In this document: in pieces, positions 26,631 through 38,344 of the stretch
How the letters are laid out: each line of letters starts with the position of its first letter
How positions within the stretch are numbered: the first letter of the stretch is position 1
DNA from: Octopus vulgaris
Lineage: Eukaryota
Direction: 5' to 3'
Assembly (NCBI GenBank): GCA_951406725.2
Contig: OX597835.1
Location: 14,322,001-14,386,000 of the forward strand
DNA length: 64,000 bases
The notes under the pieces: model-generated
What the model was told of the DNA's origin: nothing
Database searches by the model: none
Seen by the model: the letters and a program-made list of their open reading frames with translations, nothing else
Program-made: the position numbers and the translations under genes

Positions 26631-27755
26631 CAGTGAATAAATTACGCAAAAATGAAAATAACACTGACATATCATTTTAACAGACGTATTTACCAAAATT
26701 ACATAAAAATACCTTGAAATACTAAAGAGTAAATTGATTCAATAAAATCCCCTTTTGGCTTCAACCACGGCCTCCAGACGACTTCGGAATCTCCTGCAGC
26801 TCTTCTGGACGGTCTCCTTGTTTAAGTTGGTGAATGCTGCCATAATCCTCGCCTTCAGTTCATCTTTGGTGTTACAAGGAGTTGTGCTGGCCTCTCGCAC
26901 CCCACACATAATAATCAAGGGGTTTGCAGTCTGGGGAGTTAGGTGGCCAGATGTTAGGGGTGATGTGGTCGCAGAAATTGTCTGACAGCCATGACTGGGT
27001 TCTCCTGCTTGTGCGGCATGGTGCAAAGTCCTGTTGCCAGACATAGGGGCTTCCACTCTCTTGCTCAACCACTCTCTTGCTCAGGACAGCACTACCCCCT
27101 CCAGGCACTTGATGTAGGCCTCTATGTTGTTAACTGGATGTTTGATATTTATCACTCTTTGGAGTACACGTTTTGGAGACACGGCAAGCCAACGGTTGTT
27201 CTGTGTGTTCACCATCTGTTCAGCCAACGGTTGTTCTGTGTGTTCACCATCTGTTCAGCCAACGGTTGTTCTGTGTGTTCACCATCTGTTCAGCCAACGG
27301 TTGTTCTGTGTGTTCACCATCTGTTCAGCCAACGGTTGTTCTGTGTGTTCACCATCTGTTCAGCCAACGGTTGTTCTGTGTGTTCACCATCTGTTCAGCC
27401 AACGGTTGTTCTGTGTGTTCACCATCTGTTCAGCCAACGGTTGTTCTGTGTGTTCACCATCTGTTCAGCCAACGGTTGTTCTGTGTGTTCACCCTCTGTT
27501 CAGCCAACGGTTGTTCTGTGTGTTCACCATCTGTTCAGCCAACGGTTGTTCTGTGTGTTCACCATCTGCTCGTATTGGAGCTTCTGGCGCGAATGCCAAG
27601 CAGTACAGCATGTCGTTTCAAAATTTCTAGCATTTTTCCTCACAAACGATGCCCAACTGACTGTACTATTCTGTATAGGCGACAAAATCCCAAATAAACA
27701 ATGCGCAAGTGCAATATTAAAACTATAAAATGGCGACGATTTACCCATCGCACAC

Positions 27756-27757
<2 letters not shown>
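26626..27757 (-). mobile_element. Internally deleted Tc1/mariner element, DD37D (maT) type
   Basis: WQQD-x37-D in WQQDFAPC...WPPNSPDCKPLDYYVWG; C-terminus ELKARIMAAF...RFRSRLEAVVEA; N-terminus [16 protein letters not shown] from 27633; both ends begin CAGTG. Confidence 0.9.
27187..27571. repeat. Minisatellite, 11 x 35 bp, inside the transposase gene
   Basis: Unit AGCCAACGGTTGTTCTGTGTGTTCACCATCTGTTC starts at 27187, 27222 ... 27537. Single variants in units 9 and 11. No spacers. Confidence 0.97.
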
Positions 27758-27759
<2 letters not shown>

Positions 27760-27836
<77 letters not shown>

Positions 27837-27859
27837 GTATATATATATATATGTGTGTG

Positions 27860-27891
<32 letters not shown>

Positions 27892-28235
27892 ACATGTATA
27901 TATATATATATAATATAATATATATATACGTATATATACATATATGTATATATGCTTCTGCGTGTTCTTTGTGTTTTGGTATACATATACATACATGCTT
28001 GAATATATACACACATACATGCATACACACATACATGCATACATACATACATGCATACATATATACATACATACATACATACATACATACATACATACAT
28101 ACATACATACATGCATACATACATACATACATACATACATGCATACATACATACATACATGCATACATACATACATGCATACATACATACATACATACAT
28201 ACATACATACATACATACACACATACATATGTATA

Positions 28236-28265
<30 letters not shown>
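27760..28265. repeat. (TA)n/(CATA)n microsatellite
   Basis: Directly visible. Confidence 0.95.
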
Positions 28266-28269
<4 letters not shown>

Positions 28270-28372
28270 TAGAAATATTTTGTAATGGTGAGGTGTCCTT
28301 AATCTTAAACTTTGGGTTTTATAACTCTGACATCATGGGGATAAGTGTGACGTAGAGAGGGAGGAAGAAGGC

Positions 28373-28408
<36 letters not shown>

Positions 28409-29104
28409 GAGAGAGTGAGATGGGCTGGGTGGTGGTATAAGGGTAGTGTTAGGGGTGATAGGGAGAGAGGTGTGGGAAGATACTGTTTGAAGTTTGAAGT
28501 GTGGAAAGCGGTGGCGAAAGAAAAGGCGAGTGTTGATGGTAATTGAGAGAGAGAGAGAGTGAAAGAGAGAGAGAGAGGGCGAGAGAGGGACAGGGAAGAA
28601 AAGGGTGTGTGTGCGTGTTTGTGTTTGTGTTTATATGCATGCGTGTGTTTACATGTGTGTATGTGTGTGTGTGTGTGCGTGTGTATGTTTATATGTGTGT
28701 GAGTGTGTGCATATGTTGGAAACTAGGACAGTAAGTTCAGTCGAAGGAGAGAAAGGGGATGACGCAGTAAATAAAGACAAGCAGAAAAGAAGAAGAAGAA
28801 GAAGAAGAGAAGATCAAAGGAATCATGGGTTTGAGGGGAAGGGCATGTTAGTGTTAGCGGTATTGATATTTGCAGTCAAGCATAGTGATCAATCGATCGA
28901 TCTTATCAGTTTGTATGCATGTCTTATTATAAAGACTTATGGATGGCGAAGCCTTATTTAAGTATGGGCTGTGCTAGTTCCGCAATACGATATTGTTTGA
29001 GCCAGTGTATTTGTTGTTGCTGGTGTTGCTGTTGTTGTTGTTTTGCTGCGGGTCAAGTTGGAATAAATCTTGCAGATATGTTGCATGCCAGCAGTGGACA
29101 TATG

Positions 29105-29262
29105 ATCGTCGTCGTCGTCATCATCTTCATCACCATCACCACCACCATCATCATCATTATCACCATCATCAACACCACCACCGCCACCACCATCATCATC
29201 ATCATCATCATCATCACCATCAGCATTAGCACCACCATCAGCACCATCATCATTAGCACCAC

Positions 29263-29360
<98 letters not shown>

Positions 29361-29368
29361 CCACCACC

Positions 29369-29415
<47 letters not shown>
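29105..29415. repeat. (CAT)n/(CAC)n microsatellite
   Basis: Directly visible. Confidence 0.95.
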
Positions 29416-29545
29416 TTCCTCATAACCAACAACCCAAACACAGCCACGAGAGAAGGACAGCCTCAACATATGGCACGTCTAGTTGCAATAAGAAAAGAAA
29501 ACAAAAAAAAGGGAAATCTGGTTAACAACAAAAAATCTCTCTAAA

Positions 29546-30158
29546 ATATCCTTTTCTACTCTAAGCATAAGGCCCGAAATTTTGGGGGAGGGAGGCAGTC
29601 GATTAGATCGATCCCAGTACGCAACTGGTGCTTAATTTACCGACCTCAAAAGACAAAGTCGACCTCGGCGGAATTTGAACTCAGGACGTAAAAGCAGACG
29701 AAATACCGCTAAGCATTTCGCCCGGCGTGCTAACGTTTCTTATTTCTTTATTGCCCACAAGGGGCTAAACATAAAAGGGACAAACAAGGACAGACAAAAG
29801 GGATTAAGTCAATTATATCGACCCCAGTGCGTAACTGGCACTTAATTTATCGACCCCGAAACGATGAAAGGCAAAGTCGACCTCGGTGGAATTTGAACTC
29901 AGAACGTAGCGGAAGACGAAATACCTATTTCTTTACTACCCACAAGGAGCTAAACACAGAGAGGACAAACAAGGACAGACAAACGGATTAAGTCGATTAT
30001 ATCGACCCCAGTGCGTAACTGGTACTTATTTAATCGACCTCGAAAGAATGAAAGGCATTGTCGACCTCGGCGGAATTTGAACTCAGAACGTAACGGCAGA
30101 CGAAATACGGCTACGCATTTCGTCCGGCGTGCTAACGATTCTGCCAGCTCACCTCCTT
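29546..30158 (-). mobile_element. SINE family C multimer (three units)
   Basis: GTCGACCTCGG(C/T)GGAATTTGAACTCAG occurs at ~29658, ~29876 and ~30060. Confidence 0.9.
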
Positions 30159-30187
30159 AACCTCTCCAAAATATTAGAAATGTGATC

Positions 30188-30545
30188 TATGGCTTTGTGG
30201 TTAAGAGGCTCTCTTTGCAACCATGTGGTTTCGGGTTCAGTCCCACTGCACTGCACCTTGGGCAAGTGTCTTCTACAACTTGGGTCCTACAAATGTAATT
30301 TGAGTGGAAACTGTGCGGAGGCTATACATCTGAGTGTGTGTGTGTGCTGGTCTCCGCCCGCACTTGACAACTGGTGTTGGTTTGTTTGTGTCCTGTTTAC
30401 GTCCCTGTAAACTAGCAGTTCGGTAGAAAGGACCGATAGAATAAGTACCAGACTCAAAAGCAAAATAATACTGGGGTCGATTCGTTCGACTAAACCCTTT
30501 AAGGCGGTGCCCCAGCGTGGCCGCAGTTCAGTGACCGAAGGAAAT
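30188..30545 (+). mobile_element. SINE family B, diverged
   Basis: GGTTCAGTCCCACTGC...CCTTGGGCAAGTGTCTTC...GATAGAATAAGTAC...GGCCGCAGT. Confidence 0.8.
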
Positions 30546-30851
30546 AGAAGAAGACAAAACAGGATCAATGAGCAAAACAAAGAAACGTCTGAAGATAAGG
30601 TGGAACTCACAACTCATTAATTGGTAAACAAATGAATTGACTACAGGGCCATGCTACGGCTACCTTTTGTTAATCGATGGTTATTGCAAAATATCTATCT
30701 ATTGTGGTGTCTTCATTCTTTTAATCCCCAACAATGAGAAATTGAATATTAATGAGAAAGAATTCAGGATTTTGATGAAAGACAAAACAAATAAATAGAT
30801 AGATAGATAGATAGATAGATAGACAAATAAATAAATAAATGAATAAACAGC

Positions 30852-30865
30852 GTTGACATGGCAAC
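30852..30865. promoter_or_regulatory. RFX X-box motif
   Basis: GTTGACATGGCAAC, 13/14 match to GTTGCCATGGCAAC, in unique sequence. Confidence 0.4.
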
Positions 30866-31606
30866 GGTACTATTTATCGTACGCTGTCATTAAAGTTCAT
30901 TTATAGAAATATTGTGAGCCCAGAGCTTCATTGCTGAAGGAACAGCGATGTTTGGTGTAACGCCACTGATTAAAATTCCTTTATTAACATTTTACAACCC
31001 ACCATTAACGTTGTCTGATCTATTTCCCCAGGAAGTCATTATAGAAAGAATGAATAAATGTTTGTGTCAGTTTAAAAAAAAAGATAATTATCGGAAAAGA
31101 AATGTTCTATTGACGTACAACAACAACAACAACAACAACAACTATATAAACAAAACTGCAACGTCTCCACCTTTGTTTTTGCAGATTAAATAATGTTATT
31201 GATTTAGGTACGGTTAAATGTGATTAGATTTTTTTTTCTCCTGCTTTAAGGTAGAAAAATACAAAATAAGTATAGATAAATAAAACTCCAAAAATCTCCC
31301 GCTGATCCGTGTTTATGTTATGATTTCGCTTTCCTGAAGGTCAACTGAAGAACTCAAAAAAAAATGTACAAAAAAAAGTAATTTTATTGAAATTCATTAC
31401 ATAAAAGACAACAAGTAATTTAAATACGAGTGAAGTGAATAAGAAGAAATGTGATATGAGCAATGATACAAAACAGTGTGTCTTGTGGTATGGTAGTTTG
31501 TCTGGTTTAATGACCCCGAGAACCATGCCAGGGGAGCGGAAGATCCTGTTGGAGCCTTCTATGCTTGATCCATGCTGGTCAAAGGACGAAGACCAGACTA
31601 ATATAG

Positions 31607-31803
31607 ACCACCTCTTTCCAGGGGCGATGTACAGGGTGAGTGAAAAACCACTTTCCAGGGGTGATCTACAGGGTGGGTGAAAAACCACCTCTTTCCAGAG
31701 GCGATGTACAGGGTGAGTGAAAAACAACCTCTTTCCTGGGGTGATCTACAGGGTGGGTGAAAGACCACCTCTTTCCAGGGGTGATCAACAGGGTGGGTGA
31801 AAA
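31607..31803. repeat. 40-bp tandem repeat, 5 units, each containing TA-CAGGGTG
   Basis: ACCACCTCTTTCCAGGGG(C/T)GAT(G/C)TACAGGGTG(A/G)GTGAAAA. Unit 2 has a 3-bp deletion; unit 5 has AACAGGGTG. Confidence 0.95.
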
Positions 31804-32095
31804 GTAAGTAGGCACAAAAAATTGGTAATAAAATCCATATTCCTTTTACAAATTTATTGAAACAAATGATCCATGTTCTTTATTACATGGGGAAATGAAA
31901 GTAAATCTTCATATTTCAACGTAAGCACCGGTGGTATCAACCTTTTTCCTCTTATGTTACTAGAAGTACTTTAAACTCAAAACTGAATTTTGTTTTACTT
32001 GTCCAGCGCTGTTATATATCAGCAGATAGATTTTACGCTAGTTGTATATACCTCGGACGAGCGATATGAAGTCCTTTCGAAGGTGACTCGAGTAT

Positions 32096-32142
32096 ACAGT
32101 ACTGATGAGCTGAAATAACAGCGAATTATCAATATCTATTGT
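32096..32142 (+). ncRNA. Hammerhead-like motif with one core substitution
   Basis: ACAGTA-CTGATGA-GCTG-AAATAA-CAGC-GAAT-TAT-CA-ATA-TC-TATTGT. GAAA reads GAAT. Confidence 0.5.
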
Positions 32143-33382
32143 TCTTGTTCTCCTCCGGGGCGATTCATTTCGCCTGGTTTTGAGAAATGCAGTGTTTTTT
32201 TTTAACACTCTGCGTCTTAAAGGGATTTTCTCTGTACGAAATACCGAAACCTGAAAGTATTTAAACGAAACACATACATTAAGTATGACATCGGCAATGT
32301 CATTAGAGCTGCTTCTAACTCAAAGTTTAATTTTATAAATAGATATAACTCGGTTAGAATTTCGGTCCAATAGAGTTTGGTTGTTCGATCAATTAAACGA
32401 CCAAGCTTATTGAATTAGCACCTAAGTGACTGAGTATTCCACAGACATGTATACGTTGAATGCATTTCTGGGGCGTGAAACGGTGTGACAAATCTCGACC
32501 AAGTGTAATTCATCCGACAGGTTCCGAACAGTTTCCGTCCTCCCAATTTCACTCACGAAGGGTGGTTCGAGGCTATACAACAGGTATGGGCCACATAATT
32601 TTGAGAAGCGGGCCGCATGAGACATGGCTCATCATCAGACGAACCGCGCTACAAAAATAAATAAATAAAATGGAGTGAAGATAACTTTCCGTTAAGCGTG
32701 CCATTCAGAAACTCCCGCTGATCGAAGCTAGTCATTAGGTGTGATAGAAAATAACATTTACCGTAGGCACCACACAACGGAATCGAAACAGCAAACACCC
32801 TATTACAGAGGGAGAATCTAGACCATTCGTCCATACTGCACCTACAGCCTATGATTTAGTAGCAGATGAAATATATAAACCGAAGAAGGATAATGGTATT
32901 GAGTGAAAGCACAAGAATCTGGAGAGGCTAATATCTCGAGATGTCCTGATTAAATCTGTTTTAAAGTGTTAAGCTTTTGTAACCACTTTGTTCTTCTTAT
33001 ATTCTTCTAAAACAACATCATTCTCAAAAACAAATTCTAATCTATCTACTTGTATCAAATCCTTGCGAAAATTGAAATCCAGTTATCAAGTATTCCTCAT
33101 TTTCACATCATAAATCCATCACCGGCAACACTTATATAAATCTCGCCTATCCATTCACTAATCCTCACGTTAACATCTAACATTGCTTCACACGCAACTA
33201 CTTCTTAACCGTCTTTCCATGTTGTTTATATTCGTAAAGTAAAAACACGAACGAAATTGTTTAGAAAAGCGATCTCCCGGGAGTTGTTTTTTTGACTCTT
33301 GTTTTTCAACATGGAACGTTTGATCAAGTGATATCAACTTGGTTATGGATTTTCTAAAAAGGAGATTCAGCCGATGTTTTTT

Positions 33383-33384
<2 letters not shown>

Positions 33385-33437
<53 letters not shown>

Positions 33438-33497
33438 TAATTGTTATCGCCATATTAATATGGCATTCTTATAGAGACTTAGTAATTTTAATATTTC

Positions 33498-33572
<75 letters not shown>

Positions 33573-34100
33573 TTATTTATTTGAGTGCGGTACCACTGGC
33601 AGAAATATTTGAAGAGCCAAACGATTACTTCGGTCTATTCAACAAGAGAACAATTCGACTCTCTTGCACGGTGCCTTGCTTTTCCAAACTATAGTTACTT
33701 GCCTCTACATGTGTTTGTATGCATATATGCATGTATTTATGCATGGACACATGTATGTATGCATGCATGTATGTATGTATGTATGTATGTATGTATGTAT
33801 GTATGTATGTATGTATGTATGTATGTATGTATGTATGTATGTATGTATGTATGTATGTATGTATGTATGTATGTATGCATGTATGTATGTATGTATGTAT
33901 GTATGTATGTATGCATACATGCATGTATGTATGTATGTATGTATGCATGTATGTATGTATGTATGTATGTATGTATGTATGTATGTATATATGTATGTAT
34001 GTATGTATGTATGCATGTATGTATGTATGTATGTATGTATGTATGTATGCATGTATGTCTATCTATCTGTTGGTCTGTCTGTCTGTCTGCCTGCCTGTCC

Positions 34101-34146
<46 letters not shown>

Positions 34147-34173
34147 ATATCTATCTATCTATCTATCTATCTA

Positions 34174-34208
<35 letters not shown>

Positions 34209-34395
34209 TTTTCTATCTTTCTATTATCTATTTAGCTATCTACTATCTGTCTATCTATATCTATTTATCTGTCTACTTGTCTTTCTGTCTATCTGTCTGT
34301 CTGTCTGTCTATCTATTTTTCCATCTATATATCTATCTATCTGTTTGTCTGTTTATCTATTTGTCTGTCTGTCTATATACACATACATGTGTATG

Positions 34396-34449
<54 letters not shown>

Positions 34450-34571
34450 CGCATATATATACATGTATACATATGTATATATATATACATACATAAATAT
34501 ATTCATACATACATGTACATATATATATATATATATATATCCACATATATATATTATATACATATAAACAT

Positions 34572-34627
<56 letters not shown>

Positions 34628-34645
34628 TTATGTACACACACATAT
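33385..34645. repeat. (TA)n/(TATG)n/(CTAT)n/(TG)n compound microsatellites
   Basis: Directly visible. Confidence 0.9.
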
Positions 34646-34646
34646 A

Positions 34647-34810
34647 CTCGACGGGCTTCAATACAGTTTTCATTTACCAGATTCATACACAAGTGATTGG
34701 TCAGCTCTTGGGGGCTATTGTAGAAAACACGTACCCGAGGCAGGTGCACCGCAGTGGGACTGAACCCGAGACACCCTGGCTGCAAAAAGCGAGCCTCTTA
34801 ACCACACTCC
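34647..34810 (-). mobile_element. SINE-B head, diverged
   Basis: CGACGGGCTTC...CGCAGTGGGACTGAACCCGAGAC. Confidence 0.75.
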
Positions 34811-34919
34811 GATGCCCCATCCACATCACTTGTAATTGCCAAAAGATTTACATGTCATAGCAGTTATTATTACTAAATAATACTTTATGAAATACTAAAA
34901 CGACATGGTTTTCGTTTTA

Positions 34920-35304
34920 TCTCTCTATATATAAACGGCAGTTTGTCTGTGCGTGTTTCTGTGTGTCTGTTTGCTTGTACCCTCACCCTGACCACGGCTT
35001 TCAACCGATTCTGATGAAACTTGACACACACATAGCCCAATGTCATAATTCAAAACTAACGCAGCGAAAATTTTGAAAAGTTCCCCCAGTTCTGAAAAAA
35101 ATCGATAAATTCGACATGGGGTCGAGAATCAGAAACACGAACCACAAACTGTCTAGGGGACGCAACTCCACCTTTTTTAAATCTCAAAAGAAAATTTACC
35201 ATCATTTTTTTCCATTTTTTTGCTATTTTTTGGCTATAACTCTCTAAAAATGCTTTATAGTTATTTCCCTTACAAACCTGAGCAACGCCGGGCGATACTG
35301 CTAG
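34920..35304 (+). mobile_element. Non-autonomous Helitron
   Basis: A|TC 5' end at 34919/34920, 3' hairpin CCTGAGCAACGCCGGG, terminal CTAG|T at 35301-35305, no TSD. Confidence 0.85.
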
Positions 35305-35815
35305 TATTAAATATTTCTAGATTCCAATGTTTCTGAATCTCTATAAATAGTGTTTTCAATTGTTTTAGAAAGTCTATTCAATAATTTTTCCTTGTTGCGA
35401 TAATGGCTTTCTTTCAGCTTTGAGATATTTTAACCCTCAATATCGGTTTTCACGTTACATTAACTAAATATAGTCTTTTTATATTGAATTGTTTATTCGT
35501 TTGTGTCTTTGATAAACTTTTGGTATATTCTGACTATTCTGATTAAATGTACGACATTCTGCACCGGTTTTCTGTTGACGCTTTGCTCAATAACTAAATA
35601 TATATTTTGTGTGAGTTAGTCGTATTCTTATTTGACCTGAACCGTAAATGTATTATATTATCTTGTTTTTCACTCTTATGCGACTACAGCGCAATTGTAT
35701 AAAGCTATGTCAAAAATCATATTGCAGCTATAGTGACATTGAGGCAAATTTCAACCAACAATGTGCACAGTAAAGTTTTTCAGAGGTAAAATATCTTCTA
35801 TACTCAGTAAATATT

Positions 35816-36136
35816 GAGACCCCCTTCAGTCATGAGTGACCAGATTGCACCTACAAAGTTACCCTCCGAGGCACAAGTCCGGGCAAGGCTGTTTATGGAA
35901 GGCCAGCAGTCACCCTTGTATACCATGCCACCGATGTTATCCAAGAGAAAGGCAAAGGGGCCGATACAGCTTTGCACCTGTGACGTCGCAACTCATTTCT
36001 ACAGCTGAGTGAACTGAAGCAACGTGAAATGAAGTGTCTTGTTCATGAACACAACACGCTACCCGGTCAGGGAATCGAACTCACAACCTCACGATCGCAA
36101 GCTCGACGCCCTAACCACTGAGCCATATGCCTTCAC
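35816..36136 (-). mobile_element. SINE family D
   Basis: Homologous to 13129-13467. 11-bp TSD CAGTAAATATT at 35805-35815 and 36137-36147. Confidence 0.9.
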
Positions 36137-36271
36137 CAGTAAATATTAAGTATACATTAAATTTATATGACCTGAGCATAAGATCTTCAGTGGGGAAAAA
36201 TATACCGCTTGATATTTTAGATGTGTTTATGGATTCATTATAGAGGGCTCATATATGTATATATTTATATA

Positions 36272-36373
<102 letters not shown>

Positions 36374-36376
36374 TAT

Positions 36377-36530
36377 ACTTTATTTTAAGCAGCAGAAAAT
36401 TCAACAAAATCTGTTACTCTGAGTTTCTCGTTGCCGTTCATCAGACAGTTTTTGCTAGAAGCATATTACTCTACCACTGGTATTTGAGTACTCTTTTTTC
36501 CACCTTGTTTCACATTTATGTGTTTACTCC

Positions 36531-36532
<2 letters not shown>
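36377..36532. mobile_element. Short element embedded in (TA)n and carrying a hammerhead (PLE-tail-like)
   Basis: (TA)n on both sides; hammerhead on the minus strand. Confidence 0.6.
36406..36453 (-). ncRNA. Minimal type I hammerhead ribozyme
   Basis: CTGT-CTGATGA-ACG-GCAA-CGA-GAAA-CTC-A-GAG-TA-ACAG. GUA triplet; the first stem II pair is A.A. Confidence 0.7.
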
Positions 36533-36565
<33 letters not shown>

Positions 36566-37240
36566 ATTTGTTGTTGAAAATTCACCTAAGTTTGAAAAAC
36601 TTGTAATCGTTTAAAATACATTTATTTACATATATACCAAACTACTTTCAACAATATTTTTCGTTTATCAATGGTAAAAAATTTAAATTATGAATTAGAA
36701 AAACATCTTTAAAAGTTTCTCTGATCCTCTTTCTGTATGAGCTTTCGCTTGTAGCGGAATGTTTTGGAATCATTTTAATTTTTTCCGCGAACGAGAGAAA
36801 TTGTAAACCAAATACCTTTTTTTACTATCTTCATTTCTCCCTTGTTTTTCCCCCTCTCTTAACTCAGTATAACTGGAACTTTGATGATATTCATTTTTTG
36901 TCGATCACTACTAACATTATTGAAATTTGTACATTCAAACAAATTGATGTACAGTTTTTATATGATTGATTGCTATGAACATTTGAACTTGTCAACATTG
37001 AAATTCCTGTACCTGTCTTCCTAATTCATAATTCCAAATCTGTCTGCTATGAACATTTTAATTTGTCAACCTTGAAACTTTTAAAGATGATCTTTCTAAT
37101 TCATACTTTTAAACTTTTACCATTCATAAGCAAAAAAAATATTGTTGAAACTAGTTTGGTATATATGTATTTTAAACAATTAAAAGTTTTCCAAATTTAC
37201 GTGCAGCATTTTTCATTTGAAAACGAGCTCATGTGGGACT

Positions 37241-37426
37241 CTTACTCTTTACTCTTTTACTTGGAGCACCGCCTTTAATCGAGCAAATCGACCCCGGGAC
37301 TTATTCTTTTGTAAGCCCAGTACTTATTATATCGGTCTCTTTTTGCCGAACCGCTAAGTTACGGGGACATAAACACACCAGCATCGGTTGTCAAGCAATG
37401 CTAGGAGGACAAACACAGACACACAA

Positions 37427-37473
<47 letters not shown>

Positions 37474-37610
37474 CGACAAGCTTCTTTCAGTTTCCGTCTA
37501 CCAAATCCATTCACAAGGCATTGGTCGGCCTGGGGCTATAGCAGAAGACACTTGCCCAAGATGCCACGCAGTGGGACTGAACCCGGAACCATGTGGTTGG
37601 TTAGCAAGCT
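37241..37610 (-). mobile_element. SINE family B
   Basis: Near-identical to 38722-39143, with internal (CA)n(TA)n. Confidence 0.9.
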
Positions 37611-38282
37611 ATATCTAGTGCGCCTCTATATCTAGCCTTAAAATTTACCGTATTACCGATATAAAACTTATCTAAATTATCCTCATCCTTAACAACGCAC
37701 TCATAAATTACATTAGTAATTAGACAGACCCCCATCTTTGTGATTTGCCTCGCATTTACTTTGCATTGTTCTGGCCTTACCCACGATCAGTTATACAATA
37801 TGTTCTACACAATGCTTCATAGTAATTATTCCATATATATATATGTATGTATATATATATGTACATGTATGTATGTATATGTATATGTATGTATGTATAT
37901 ATATATGTATATATATATGTATATATGTATGTATATATATGTATGTGTGTATCTATGTGTGTATGTGTGTATGTATATGTGTGTGTGCATGTGTGTGTAT
38001 GTGCGTATGTGTGTGTATGTATGTGTGTGTATGTGTGTGTGTATGTATGTGTTTGTGTGTATGTATGTGTATGTGTGTATGTATGTGTGTGTGTATGTAT
38101 ATATCTATATATATATATATATATATATAACTAGGCCGCTGGTGGCAAAAGAATTCTACAAAATTTTTTTTGCCACCCTATATTGATTAATTATATATAT
38201 ATACATATATATGTATACGCACATATACATATGTACATATATATATATACACACGCATAACTATGTGGTGGGTGTATAATTT

Positions 38283-38344
<62 letters not shown>

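Noticed and set aside
27187-27571. 35-bp repeats resembling a CRISPR array
   Set aside because: Units are contiguous with no spacers, there are no cas genes, and the unit is transposase-derived in eukaryotic DNA.
35011-35020. CTGATGAAAC as hammerhead core
   Set aside because: No stem II between the core halves; it is part of the Helitron body.
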